Shown here piece after piece: positions 21,116-31,380 of a stretch of DNA of 64,000 bases. A model generated the notes under the pieces. The model was not told the origin of the DNA and did no database searches. It saw only the letters and a program-made list of their open reading frames with translations. Source of the DNA: Candidatus Micrarchaeota archaeon. Lineage in GTDB: Archaea > Micrarchaeota > Micrarchaeia > Anstonellales > Bilamarchaeaceae. Position numbers and translations under genes: made by a program. Every line of letters starts with the position of its first letter. The first letter of the stretch is position 1. Location: NCBI GenBank assembly GCA_016926175.1, contig JAFGPA010000031.1, forward strand, positions 7,075-71,074, read 5' to 3'.

Positions 21116-23032
21116 ATGAGAGGTATCCTTTTTTTGTCGCTGATGTTGCTTTTTGGGTGCATTTCCATTTCAGGAGATGCATGTCCCCCGGTTAATGATC
21201 CTGTTTGTGGTGCAGATGGCAAAACATATTCAAACAGCTGCTTTGCTGCAGCTGCAGGCGTTGCTGTTGAATCCAAAGGGGAATGCTTCAATTGTGTGGA
21301 CCGTGATGGCGGTAAAGACATATTTGTAAAAAGCATGCTGTCCTCAGGAGAACAGGATTCCTGTCTTGATTCCGGAACAGTGATTGAGTATTACTGCGAT
21401 GGCAAAAACAAAACATATGAACATATCTTCTGCCCTGAAAACTATATCTGCCTGGACGGCGCATGCATCAAGACGGATATTGATTGCGTGGACAGTGACG
21501 GAAACGACATTTTTGTAAAGGGAAATGTCAGCTTCGATAAACTTTATTATGATCATTGTTCCAATTCTTGGAATATCAATGAATTCATATGTGAATACGG
21601 AGAAGTGAAAAAAATATCAGGAGCCTGCCCTGAAGGTTATATGTGTTCTGACGGTGCATGCTCTAATTCATCCTGCACTGATACAGATGGCTTTGATATT
21701 TTTGCTGAAGGGGTGGTAACTTTTAACGGCACTACTTTCAGCGACAGATGCACGGACAGCAAATCCGGAATTGAATATACGTGTTCGGACAACGGGGCCA
21801 ACGAATTTACTCCATTCTATTGCCCTGAAGGCTTCCGCTGCATCGGAGGCTCATGCAAACCATACTGCGAAGATCTTGATGGCGGTTCAAATTACTATCA
21901 GAAGGGATCTGTGGTAATAGGGACAGAGGTTCACACAGACGTCTGCCAGAATTCAATAGAGCTTATAGAACATATTTGCAAAGAATCCGGTTACACGATA
22001 ATCACATATCCCTGTCCGTCTGATTTCATATGCCATCAGGGCAGATGCATATCCAGGCTTTGCCAGGATCCTGACGGCAAAGATATTTTCACATCAGAAA
22101 CTACGACAAAAGGAACAGAATCAAAAACTGACAGCTGCGTCAGCAGTTCTACTGTAAGGGAGTATTTTTGCTCCAGCAACACAATACACTACAATGATTT
22201 TCTATGCCCGCCCGAAACAGTATGTTTGAATGGAAAATGCATTAAGGAAATTTTATGCGATGACAGCGACGGAGGAATCAATATCTTTCAGGCCGGAAAA
22301 GTCACAAGGACAGGGTCCCAGCCGGTATCTGACTTTTGTGTGGACTCAAAACAAATAAATGAATACTATTGTTCTTCAGAAGGAATTTCAGTGGCAACTT
22401 TTTCGTGTGGAAACGGATACCGCTGTCAGAATGGAACATGCATAGAATTTTGCGAAGAAACTGATGGCGGAAAGAATTTCCAGGTTGCAGGAATCACTTA
22501 TCTTGGAAACAGAAGCCATGCCGACAAATGCTCTGATGGATTTCTTGTGGAGTATTACTGTTCCTCCGATTTCATATTAAGCGAAGTAAATGAATGCGGA
22601 CCGGGAGAAAAATGCCAGGACGGAAAGTGCACAGCCAGCTGCTCAGATTCCGATGGCAACTCTCCATATGTTCGCGGAACGGTTACATTCGGAACGGAAA
22701 ATTACGTTGACTACTGTGAATTCTACCGTTCAAAGAAGGGCACGGAGTATGTATGTGGTGAAAGCGGCCCTGAAGCGGTCCAGTTTACCTGTTCTGCCGG
22801 ATATATCTGCTATGATGGATTATGCAATCCTGCCTGTGAAGACAGTGATGGCACAGACAGGTATACCAAAGGAACTGTGTATGTGGGGAATCAGACAAGC
22901 ACTGATTTTTGCACCTCCGATTCAACAGGAACCGAATACATCTGCAGCAGCGGACAGCTTTCAGAGATCTCATTTGAATGCCATGTTGGCCAGATGTGCC
23001 AGGACGGCAGGTGTGTGCAGAGAACCGGTTAA
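21116..23032 (+). CDS. Cys-rich surface protein: LLFGC signal, Kazal-like domain and nine ~65-aa repeats
   Basis: PVCGADGKTYSNSC Kazal motif; repeats of the form CxDxDG...DxC...EYxC...C..G..C..GxC. Confidence 0.88.
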   Translation: MRGILFLSLMLLFGCISISGDACPPVNDPVCGADGKTYSNSCFAAAAGVAVESKGECFNCVDRDGGKDIFVKSMLSSGEQDSCLDSGTVIEYYCDGKNKTYEHIFCPENYICLDGACIKTDIDCVDSDGNDIFVKGNVSFDKLYYDHCSNSWNINEFICEYGEVKKISGACPEGYMCSDGACSNSSCTDTDGFDIFAEGVVTFNGTTFSDRCTDSKSGIEYTCSDNGANEFTPFYCPEGFRCIGGSCKPYCEDLDGGSNYYQKGSVVIGTEVHTDVCQNSIELIEHICKESGYTIITYPCPSDFICHQGRCISRLCQDPDGKDIFTSETTTKGTESKTDSCVSSSTVREYFCSSNTIHYNDFLCPPETVCLNGKCIKEILCDDSDGGINIFQAGKVTRTGSQPVSDFCVDSKQINEYYCSSEGISVATFSCGNGYRCQNGTCIEFCEETDGGKNFQVAGITYLGNRSHADKCSDGFLVEYYCSSDFILSEVNECGPGEKCQDGKCTASCSDSDGNSPYVRGTVTFGTENYVDYCEFYRSKKGTEYVCGESGPEAVQFTCSAGYICYDGLCNPACEDSDGTDRYTKGTVYVGNQTSTDFCTSDSTGTEYICSSGQLSEISFECHVGQMCQDGRCVQRTG

Positions 23033-24069
23033 AACAATGTCGTCTGACCGCCAAGATCCATGAAATTTCCGAACTTTATCCCTATCCTGCGCACATGATG
23101 CTTATTTTCTTTCAGGAATTCTTCTATTAGCATCTCCCGTTCCTTCCGGGTATTCATATTCCATTGTTTTGGATGGTTGAAGGATAAAGATCTTGTGTGT
23201 ATCCTGAGGTCATCTGTAATGAAAATAACTGTCAGTGTTCTGTAGGATTTTTTTGCATGCATCATCCACTCCAGAGGGTCTTTTTCAAGTCCATCCAGTT
23301 TTTCCATAAGAATGTGAACTTCCCTCGTTGTTTCCTTTAAAGTGCCTATTCTGCTTACTTCTTCCTGTTCTTTTTCTTCTCCAAGCCCTTTGTCATAGCT
23401 GCCCTGGCCAAGATCATGGAGCCATGCACCTGTTTTCCGTCCAAAGGTTTCTACGAGCCGGCCCACGTCCACAGAAGCAATATCCTTCACTTTTATTACT
23501 CCCAGAACGGCAAGCGCTTCAGCAGTTTTCCTTCCGATTCCGGGAACTTTTTCCACATCAGATTCATCAATAAGTTTTTTTTCTTTTTCCTGGTCGAGAA
23601 TCAGAATGCCATTGGGCTTTGCCTTTGAGGCTGCCATTTTTGCTCCCAGAAGAGAGGGGGCAGCGCCTATTGTGGAAGTCAGTCCGGTTGCCCTTTGTAC
23701 GGCATCCTTCAATTCCGGGGCTTTTGAGGTATCATCCTCTATCATCCACTCATCAATGCTTGCCTGCACCACTTTCCTGCAATGCTTTCTTATGATCTCA
23801 TCGATGTACATGGAAACCTGTATATAGTAATCCTTGTCCGCAGGCAGAAAAATGGAATCTGCCGGCGGAGCCTTTTTCTTTGCAAGGACAATTGGCATTC
23901 CCGATTTTATCCCTGCTTCCCTGCCAAGATAATTGACAGTGCTCACAACTCCGGAATTTTCCGTTTTTCCGCTATAGATGCAGACGACAATGATCTTATC
24001 CTTTGCCATTGGCCTCCTTTTTTCTTCTACCTGCGCATAGAAATAGTCCATATCAAGGTGAAGGTACAC
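23029..24069 (-). CDS. dinB: Y-family DNA polymerase IV (Dbh/DinB)
   Basis: HLDMDYFYAQVE, SIDE, AKMAAS.AKPNG, VPGIGRKT. Confidence 0.95.
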   Translation of the reverse strand: MYLHLDMDYFYAQVEEKRRPMAKDKIIVVCIYSGKTENSGVVSTVNYLGREAGIKSGMPIVLAKKKAPPADSIFLPADKDYYIQVSMYIDEIIRKHCRKVVQASIDEWMIEDDTSKAPELKDAVQRATGLTSTIGAAPSLLGAKMAASKAKPNGILILDQEKEKKLIDESDVEKVPGIGRKTAEALAVLGVIKVKDIASVDVGRLVETFGRKTGAWLHDLGQGSYDKGLGEEKEQEEVSRIGTLKETTREVHILMEKLDGLEKDPLEWMMHAKKSYRTLTVIFITDDLRIHTRSLSFNHPKQWNMNTRKEREMLIEEFLKENKHHVRRIGIKFGNFMDLGGQTTLF

Positions 24070-24119
24070 AATATTTTTTCCCTGCGAATCTTTATTTAGT
24101 TTCCTTATTCAATCTATCC

Positions 24120-24842
24120 ATGAATGTTTACCATGAAATGGCCAGACATTACGATCTGATCTATTGCGATGAATATGACATTGACTTTTATCTTCTTGAG
24201 GCCAAAAATGCAAGAGGACCTGTTCTTGAAGTCGCCTGCGGAACCGGCAGGATAATGCTGAGGCTCCAGAAAGAGGGCATAGACATATCCGGGCTGGACC
24301 TTTCAAAAGAAATGCTGGATATCCTAAAGTCCAATGCAAAAGAGCTTGGCATAGCTCCAACGGTTTATCATGCCAATATGGTCGATTTCCAGCTGGACAG
24401 GAAATTCAATCTCATAATCGTGCCATACAGGAGTTTTCTTCACCTTCATCCGGATGAAAGGGAAAAAGCCCTTAAAAATTTCCATAAACATCTTAATCCC
24501 GGAGGGCGGCTGATCATTCACACCTACAACGTCAGTGAAGATGAAAAAAACATGACTGGCGACTATCATCTTTTTGAACACGAGGATCTTGAAAAGAACG
24601 GGAAGAAATACTCAATTGACTGGTTCCTTAAATATCAGTCAGGATCCGGCAGCTACCGGATTGTGATGATTCTTGATGGCAAAGAACTGGCATATGAAAT
24701 GAAAATCCACTATGTTTCTTCAAAGGAAATGAACGGGCTTCTGAAAAAAGCCGCATTCCGAAACATCAAACAGTACTGCAATTTTGACTATTCGCCCTAC
24801 AATGATGGCTGCAGCGAGGTGGTTTGGATTGCTGATCGATAA
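24120..24842 (+). CDS. Class I SAM-dependent methyltransferase
   Basis: VLEVACGTGR, GLDLS..ML, HLNPGGRL. Confidence 0.92.
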   Translation: MNVYHEMARHYDLIYCDEYDIDFYLLEAKNARGPVLEVACGTGRIMLRLQKEGIDISGLDLSKEMLDILKSNAKELGIAPTVYHANMVDFQLDRKFNLIIVPYRSFLHLHPDEREKALKNFHKHLNPGGRLIIHTYNVSEDEKNMTGDYHLFEHEDLEKNGKKYSIDWFLKYQSGSGSYRIVMILDGKELAYEMKIHYVSSKEMNGLLKKAAFRNIKQYCNFDYSPYNDGCSEVVWIADR

Positions 24843-25296
24843 AATCCGGAATTTTTTCAATAAGCCTTCCGAATTCGTGAAATTCAGGGATCCGCTGGGC
24901 AATTTTGAAATATTCTATCCAAAAAACTGGAAGTTCGACCGTGATATTGCAGTAGATGACAGCAAGTACGCCGTTTCATTCGAATCAGGTTCAAAGAGGG
25001 TGACTGTTTTTGTTGATTTCCGGCTTCCGGAAAAATTCAATTTCAGGAATTATGTGAAAAAAGAATTTGAAGGCCCTTCCTCCGGGATCATTTCAAACAT
25101 GAAAAAAACCACTTTTCGCGGAATGCCTGCCTATTCACGGGATTACCTTTACATTTCATCAGGAAATAAATACATGAGCAAAGGCATAATTTTTTATACT
25201 GGAAACAAGGTATACCAGATTGCCTGGTTCGGCCCTTCTGATTTCCCTGAAGAAATTTTCGAGCATATGAAAAAATCTCTTATGGTGAGACCATGA
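24784..25296 (+). CDS. PsbP/Mog1-like fold hypothetical protein
   Basis: FEIFYPKNW and FRGMPAY...G.KVYQI patterns. Start uncertain. Confidence 0.55.
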   Translation: MTIRPTMMAAARWFGLLIDKIRNFFNKPSEFVKFRDPLGNFEIFYPKNWKFDRDIAVDDSKYAVSFESGSKRVTVFVDFRLPEKFNFRNYVKKEFEGPSSGIISNMKKTTFRGMPAYSRDYLYISSGNKYMSKGIIFYTGNKVYQIAWFGPSDFPEEIFEHMKKSLMVRP

Positions 25297-26195
25297 TTCC
25301 AGATGCATTCAAGAAACGCTATTCGGAACTGGCAGATGATTCCGGATTTTTTGCATGCCTTGAAACAATACTTCCAAAATCATTCCGTACAAATACTATC
25401 AAATCCAGCAGCCTGGAGATCAGGGAAAGATTTGCCGGTTATGGCATTGCCATAAAACAGATGCCATGGTACGGCGACGCATTTGTTTCGCAAACTCCTG
25501 AAATCGGGGCAACTCTTGAGCATTTTCTTGGAAAAATATATATTCAGGAGCTTGTTTCCATGATTCCTGCGCTCGTGGTGAAAAAAGAGCTGGAGAATGC
25601 ATCCCTTGTTCTTGATGCCTGCGCTGCTCCCGGGTCAAAGACCACCCAGATTGCGGCAATGATGAAAAACCGGGGAAGGCTCATTGCAAACGATCTTTCC
25701 TATTCCAGGATAAAGGCATTGCAGTTCAACCTTCAGAAAGCTGGCGCACTCAACACCATAATAACAAACCAGGACCTTCGCTTTTTTCCAAACCAGCAGT
25801 ATGACGTTGTAATTCTTGATGCACCCTGTTCTTCAGAAGGCATCATGAGAAAAAATGACAAGCTGTTCAGGACCTGGAATGAAAAAAAGATATACGGCCA
25901 TTCCAGGCTGCAGAAACAGTTGATAGTAAAGGCATTCGATCTCCTGCGGGAGGGCGGTGTGATGACTTATTCAACATGCACATTCGCACCGGAGGAAAAC
26001 GAGGAAGTAGTAGGCCATCTGCTTTCAGAGAGGAATGCCAAAATCGAAAAAATACAGCTCCCGGGCTTCAAACTCAGCAAAGGAACGACAGAATGGAGAA
26101 AAAATCAATATCCTCCTGAAGTAGAGAACTGTGTGCGCATATGGCCTCAGCATAATGATACAGGAGGATTCTTTGTTGCAATGGTGGTTAAATGA
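25293..26195 (+). CDS. RsmB/NOP2/RsmF family RNA m5C methyltransferase (copy 1)
   Basis: VLDACAAPGSKT, ILDAPCSSEG, YSTCT, GGFFVA. Confidence 0.95.
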   Translation: MIPDAFKKRYSELADDSGFFACLETILPKSFRTNTIKSSSLEIRERFAGYGIAIKQMPWYGDAFVSQTPEIGATLEHFLGKIYIQELVSMIPALVVKKELENASLVLDACAAPGSKTTQIAAMMKNRGRLIANDLSYSRIKALQFNLQKAGALNTIITNQDLRFFPNQQYDVVILDAPCSSEGIMRKNDKLFRTWNEKKIYGHSRLQKQLIVKAFDLLREGGVMTYSTCTFAPEENEEVVGHLLSERNAKIEKIQLPGFKLSKGTTEWRKNQYPPEVENCVRIWPQHNDTGGFFVAMVVK

Positions 26196-26602
26196 TACTG
26201 GAATATTTTGAGGACAGGTTCGGAATTCCAAAGGCGCATTTCAGCGAATACCAGCTGTATCAGGGCCACAAAGGAAAATATTATCTCGGTCCAAAAACCA
26301 TTGACCGGCCCCAGGTAATTTCGCCGGGACTTCTGATAGCAAGGGCAGAAAAACAGGTAAAGCCAACATCAAACTTTTTGCAGCTTTTTGGCCATCTGGC
26401 AACAAAGAACATTTTGGAACTGTCAAAGCCGGATGCAAAAAGGTACATTGAAGGATATGATCTCAGGATTGAAGCAAACGCAGATCCTGGCTATGTGATA
26501 GTTTCATACTCCGGCAATTTTCTGGGCTGTGCATTTCTCAAAGACGGCCTTATGACGAATAACCTGCCCAAGGCCAAAAGGCAGCAAGTGAAATACCTTT
26601 AA
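26192..26602 (+). CDS. RsmF C-terminal/NIP7-like accessory domain protein (copy 1)
   Basis: YFEDRFGI, KPTSNFLQLFG, NNLPK; ATGA-coupled to the methyltransferase. Confidence 0.75.
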   Translation: MILEYFEDRFGIPKAHFSEYQLYQGHKGKYYLGPKTIDRPQVISPGLLIARAEKQVKPTSNFLQLFGHLATKNILELSKPDAKRYIEGYDLRIEANADPGYVIVSYSGNFLGCAFLKDGLMTNNLPKAKRQQVKYL

Positions 26603-26625
26603 TTCTTTTCATTGATAATCCCCCT

Positions 26626-27021
26626 ATGATCCACTGCATCTTCTGTAAAATTGCATCGGGAGCGATCCCCTGCACTAAAGTCTGGGAAAATAAAAAATAT
26701 CTTGCATTTCTCGACATAAACCCCATAACTCCAGGACACACACTGCTCATTCCAAAAAAACACCACGACTATATCTTCGATATGAATGATGAAGAATACA
26801 ATGAACTGATGGGCATTGCAAAAAAACTTTCAGTTAAGATAAAAAAGTCAATGAATTCAAAAAAAATAGGCATGATGGTGGAAGGGTTTCTTGTCCACCA
26901 TACCCACATACATCTTATTCCCCTCCAAAAGGCAGGGGACCTTAATACAGAGAATGCAAAAAAAGAATCTCCTGAACGGCTAACTGTAATTGCAGAAAAA
27001 ATAAAAGCAGGTGAAATATAA
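26626..27021 (+). CDS. HIT family hydrolase
   Basis: CIFCKI, AFLDINP, GHTLLIPK, HTHIHLIP. Confidence 0.95.
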   Translation: MIHCIFCKIASGAIPCTKVWENKKYLAFLDINPITPGHTLLIPKKHHDYIFDMNDEEYNELMGIAKKLSVKIKKSMNSKKIGMMVEGFLVHHTHIHLIPLQKAGDLNTENAKKESPERLTVIAEKIKAGEI

Positions 27022-28034
27022 TGGAAAAAAAGAGTTATCTGAAGGAAGCAATTGAACACATCGACATAAAGAAATTCGATTCATCGGAATTGATAGCATC
27101 AATGGCTAAAATGTCATTTACATCCAGAGACACTGCAAGAGCCGCAGAGATATATGACATGATGCTTGCTGACAGGGAATGCACCATAATACTAACAATA
27201 GCAGGAAGCACCGGAGCAGGGGGGTGCCTGGATCTTTATGCTGATCTTGTTGCAAACAAGATGGTTGATGCCGTGGTTGCAACAGGCGCGAGCATTGTTG
27301 ATATGGATTTCTTTGAAGCTTTGGGATTCAGGCACTACAGGGGAACGCCAAGCGTCGATGATCATGAGCTCAGATCACTTTATATTGACCGGATCTACGA
27401 TACTTTTATTGATGAAGAGCAGCTGCAGGAATGCGACAGGACAGTAACCCAAATTGCTGATTCACTCGAACCAAGGCCATACTCTTCAAGAGAATTCATA
27501 AAAGAAATGGGAAGATACCTTGTTGAACATTCCAAAAAGAAAAATTCCCTTGTTCAGGCCGCATATGAAAACAATGTGCCGGTCTTTGTACCTGCATTTT
27601 CAGACTGCAGTGCAGGATTTGGCCTTGTTCTTCACCAGCACAACCATCCGAAGAATCATCTGACTATTGATTCAGTAAAGGATTTTTATGAGCTTACAAA
27701 GATCAAGATGGAATCCAGGACATCCGGCCTCCTGATGATCGGCGGAGGGGTCCCAAAGAATTTTGCACAGGATACTGTTGTCTGCGCAGAACTGCTCGGC
27801 AAGGAAGTTCCCATGCACAGGTATGCAGTCCAGATTACCGTTGCAGATGTCCGTGATGGAGCATGTTCAAGCTCTACATTGAAGGAAGCAAGCTCCTGGG
27901 GCAAAGTCGATACTACATATGAGCAGATGGTTTATGCCGAGGCAACCTCGGTTTTACCTTTGATTGCAAGCTATGCCTACCACAAAGGAAACTGGAAAAG
28001 CAGGGAAAAAAAGGAGTTTTCAAAGATTTTTTAA
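27021..28034 (+). CDS. Deoxyhypusine synthase family protein (possibly homospermidine synthase-type)
   Basis: IDRIYD, GGGVPKNF, GACSSSTLKEASSWGKV. Confidence 0.92.
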   Translation: MEKKSYLKEAIEHIDIKKFDSSELIASMAKMSFTSRDTARAAEIYDMMLADRECTIILTIAGSTGAGGCLDLYADLVANKMVDAVVATGASIVDMDFFEALGFRHYRGTPSVDDHELRSLYIDRIYDTFIDEEQLQECDRTVTQIADSLEPRPYSSREFIKEMGRYLVEHSKKKNSLVQAAYENNVPVFVPAFSDCSAGFGLVLHQHNHPKNHLTIDSVKDFYELTKIKMESRTSGLLMIGGGVPKNFAQDTVVCAELLGKEVPMHRYAVQITVADVRDGACSSSTLKEASSWGKVDTTYEQMVYAEATSVLPLIASYAYHKGNWKSREKKEFSKIF

Positions 28035-28140
28035 TCCTGATTCGTAGTGATTACGGACGATTGTCGATATCCGGATAGTTAAATTTAAAAAGAGATTCTG
28101 GATTCTTGTCCTAGCAAAATCACATATTTGAGGTGAAACT

Positions 28141-28332
28141 ATGAATAAGATGGTAGACTTGATTGCCAATATTTTGGTAATTGTAGGAGGCCTTAACTGG
28201 GGCCTGGTAGGATTGTTGAACCTGAATCTCGTAACCCTTATCTTTGGTTCAGTTGAGATTCTTGTGACAGTTGTATATGTACTGGTGGGCCTTTCAGCAG
28301 TCGTAGTTGCTGCAGGCAAATTTATGAAGTAA
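28141..28332 (+). CDS. DUF378 small membrane protein
   Basis: LVIVGGLNWGLVG...YVLVGLSA; SD GAGGTG. Confidence 0.9.
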   Translation: MNKMVDLIANILVIVGGLNWGLVGLLNLNLVTLIFGSVEILVTVVYVLVGLSAVVVAAGKFMK

Positions 28333-29193
28333 TAAAAGTGCAATTTTTGCACTTTTTTCTTTATCTTTTATTTCCAGCATTATGTCAAAATCAAGCCCTT
28401 TTGACTGGTCCAGGAATTTTTTGAAGTCTTTTTGATCGATATGCTCGGTATGCTTTCCTTTTCTTCCGCCCTTTTCCTGGCTGCTGTAATCTATCATTGG
28501 AACCCCATCCTTTTTTTTCCAGGTTTTTTGTACCAGCTGCAAAGCATCCTTTATTGTTTCTCCATTGTTAAGGCAGCGATGATGTAAAACATCAAAAATT
28601 ACCGGAACTCCTGTTTTTCTGCTTATCTCCAGGCAGTCTTTCAATGAGAACAGCCGGTCGTCATTTTCTATTGCCAGCCGTTTCCTGACAGATTTACTTA
28701 GTTTATTGTATCTGTCAACAAATCTCAGAACTGCTTTTTCCTTGTCTCCATACATTCCGCCAACGTGTATCTGTACCCTGGCAGAACTGTCAAGGCCCAT
28801 CAGATCAAGAACCCTGCAATGGTATTCAAGCTCTTTAATGCTTCTTTCCGCTATTTCATTGCTGGGTGAATTTATCACAACAAACTGATCGGGATGCATG
28901 GAGATGCGCATGTTGTTCTGTTTTATGAAGCTTCCAATTTCCATAAACTGTTTTTTGAATTTTTTCTCCCATGGATAGCTGCATACGGGATGAGAAGCAA
29001 AAGGGACTATGTCGGAGCTGATTCTGAAAAACTGGAACCCGTTACTGCAGTTCCATTTCAAAATATCAAACAGGCATGCAAGGTTGCCTGATACTGCTTT
29101 CTGCATCCTTTCATCTGAATAGGAACCAAGCCTAAAAGTTGAATTGGTGGTACATCCGATTTTCCTGTTGATGCAGGGATACCCGATTTTCAT
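28294..29193 (-). CDS. uvsE: UV damage endonuclease
   Basis: IGYPCIN, FFRISSD..PFASHP, SMHPDQF, IENDDR, FDVLHH, DIMLEIKDKE. Confidence 0.96.
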   Translation of the reverse strand: MKIGYPCINRKIGCTTNSTFRLGSYSDERMQKAVSGNLACLFDILKWNCSNGFQFFRISSDIVPFASHPVCSYPWEKKFKKQFMEIGSFIKQNNMRISMHPDQFVVINSPSNEIAERSIKELEYHCRVLDLMGLDSSARVQIHVGGMYGDKEKAVLRFVDRYNKLSKSVRKRLAIENDDRLFSLKDCLEISRKTGVPVIFDVLHHRCLNNGETIKDALQLVQKTWKKKDGVPMIDYSSQEKGGRKGKHTEHIDQKDFKKFLDQSKGLDFDIMLEIKDKEKSAKIALLLLHKFACSNYDC

Positions 29194-29244
29194 TTATTTA
29201 AATAAGGAATCAGCATATATAAATTTACTGCAATCAATATTGTC

Positions 29245-30525
29245 ATGATAAAAATCCAGACTGCTGTTCCGGGTCCAAAATCACTGCGGATTCTGAAGAA
29301 ACTGGAGCAGAAAAACGGTGCATGGTCGGTTGCCTATCCGCTTGTTTTTTCTGGAAGGGGCGAAGGAGCGTATTGCGAAGATATAGACGGCAACTGCTTT
29401 CTTGATTTTTCATCGCAAATTGCCTCAAATCCAATGGGCTACAATCATCCTGAACTGATCGAAGTTCTAAAATCATACGCTCGCTTTCCGATAAAATATG
29501 CAGGCCAGGATTTCACAGTAAAGGAGCATCTGGACCTGATTGAGGAAATTCTTTCTGTCTCTCCAAAAGGCATGAATTCAGCATTTCTTATAAATTCCGG
29601 GGCAGAAGCGGTAGAGAATGCAATAAAAATATGCATGCGGAAAAGACCGAAAGCAAAATTCGGCATTTCAATGAAAAGGGCATTTCATGGCCGAACCCTT
29701 GGCGCACTTTCTCTTACCAATTCCAGCAGGGTCCAGAAAAAAGGATACATGAGATTTCCCATGTACAGGCTTTCCTATGATGAAACTGCCGGGGATCAGC
29801 TGGAAGACATCATAAAACGGGAAGGCGATGCGGAGGAAATAGCATTCCTGGTTATGGAGCATGTCCAGGGCGAAGGCGGATACTACATTGCACCTGCAAA
29901 AATGGTTGATTTACTAAGAAAAACAACCAAAAAATACGGTATTCCTTATATTGCAGATGAGATTCAGTCGGGAATGGGCAGGACCGGGAAGTGGTGGGCG
30001 TTTGAAAATTACGGTATAAGGCCGGATGTCTTTTCATCTGCAAAAGCATTGCAGGTAGGTGCCGTTGTTTCGGCAAAATCCATGTTTCCTGACGAAGTAG
30101 GCGCTATTTCAAGTACCTGGGGCGGAGGGGCATTGCTTGACATGGCAATATCTATAAAAACAATTCAGATCATCAAAAAGCAGAAGCTTCTTGAAAGAAA
30201 CCGAAAATTCGGAAATCTTCTCCTTAAGGGGCTGGAAGATCTGGATGTGAAAAATCAGAGGGGCATTGGCCTTATGCTTGCCTTTGATCTTGATTCTGTC
30301 AAAGAAAGGGATAATCTTGTCATTGAATGTGCCAAGCGCGGCCTGATAGTTCTTGGTTGTGCGCAGAAAAGCGTTAGGCTTGTTCCGCCTTATGTTGTTA
30401 CTGTTGAAGATGCGCAGAAAGCGCTTGAAATAATAGATGATTCGCTCAGGACGATAAGGAGAAAAGGATTCAGGCTCAGCGGAAAAATATGCAGATTTAC
30501 AAACTGCGGCAAGCACGTTATTTAG
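29245..30525 (+). CDS. Class III PLP aminotransferase (GabT/ArgD-like)
   Basis: NSGAEAVENA, FHGRT, EHVQGEGG, DEIQSGMGRTG, SAKAL. Confidence 0.93.
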   Translation: MIKIQTAVPGPKSLRILKKLEQKNGAWSVAYPLVFSGRGEGAYCEDIDGNCFLDFSSQIASNPMGYNHPELIEVLKSYARFPIKYAGQDFTVKEHLDLIEEILSVSPKGMNSAFLINSGAEAVENAIKICMRKRPKAKFGISMKRAFHGRTLGALSLTNSSRVQKKGYMRFPMYRLSYDETAGDQLEDIIKREGDAEEIAFLVMEHVQGEGGYYIAPAKMVDLLRKTTKKYGIPYIADEIQSGMGRTGKWWAFENYGIRPDVFSSAKALQVGAVVSAKSMFPDEVGAISSTWGGGALLDMAISIKTIQIIKKQKLLERNRKFGNLLLKGLEDLDVKNQRGIGLMLAFDLDSVKERDNLVIECAKRGLIVLGCAQKSVRLVPPYVVTVEDAQKALEIIDDSLRTIRRKGFRLSGKICRFTNCGKHVI

Positions 30526-30533
30526 GTGAGAAT

Positions 30534-30686
30534 TTGAAGGCAGTAGAGATATGCGCCAATTGCGGCCAGCTAAGAAAAAAACCGAAGGAAACCTTCGTCT
30601 GCGAAAACTGCAAATGCGAAGTTGCTGTTGTTGTGCCATATCCAATGTTCAGGAAGATGGTAGAGGCGGGCATGGCAAAGGAATAA
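30534..30686 (+). CDS. Small Zn-ribbon protein
   Basis: CANC...CENC; TTG start after SD AGGTGA. Confidence 0.65.
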   Translation: MKAVEICANCGQLRKKPKETFVCENCKCEVAVVVPYPMFRKMVEAGMAKE

Positions 30687-30708
30687 AATAACTGTTTTTC
30701 CTAGCATT

Positions 30709-31326
30709 ATGATGAAGCATTATCCTTATTTCGTTTATGACGCTGTTCTTCTTATTTCATTTATAGTCATAATTCCTGCAGTTTCAATATGGACAAACGC
30801 CATTCAGTTTGCAATTGCATCACCGCTTCTCTTCATGCTTGTTTTCATCTGGAATTTCCAGAAAATCCAGGATTTCAGAAATTCGGTGAAAAATGTCAAA
30901 GGGCTTTCATGGAAGTCAAAATTCCTTTCCATAGGTACAATTATTTTCAGTTACAATGGCCAGGATATTGAATATCATTCGGCAATCCGGGAAAAAACCG
31001 GAAGCCACATATCAGTTGATTATTGCGCTTCAGTAAAGACCCGGAGCAGAAAAAATTTTGAGATAACCAATAAAGGCAATGAATTTTTCGGCGATTTCAT
31101 CGTGTCCGGCGACAGCAAAGCCATAACGCCTGTTAAGAAGCTTGTTTCTGATTTCAACAAAAAATACATGGTTTCAGGAATCAGCCATAAACAAGGGGTG
31201 CTGACTGTTGTCATAAACCTCAGATTCCTGAATGAAAAGGCAGGCCCGGAAAAATCAGCTGAAATGTCTGAATTTCTCTCGGATCTTCTTGAATTTTGTA
31301 TCAGCATCCGGAAAAAACTAAAATAA
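30709..31326 (+). CDS. Hypothetical membrane-anchored protein
   Basis: Two N-terminal TM segments followed by a soluble domain. Confidence 0.7.
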   Translation: MMKHYPYFVYDAVLLISFIVIIPAVSIWTNAIQFAIASPLLFMLVFIWNFQKIQDFRNSVKNVKGLSWKSKFLSIGTIIFSYNGQDIEYHSAIREKTGSHISVDYCASVKTRSRKNFEITNKGNEFFGDFIVSGDSKAITPVKKLVSDFNKKYMVSGISHKQGVLTVVINLRFLNEKAGPEKSAEMSEFLSDLLEFCISIRKKLK

Positions 31327-31380
31327 TTCATGTTATTGTATAAACTACAACTTTAAATACTTGACGGTTTATATACTATT

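Noticed and set aside
21116..23032. Multiheme cytochrome or DNA-level tandem repeat
   Set aside because: No CxxCH motifs; repeats are visible only at the protein level.
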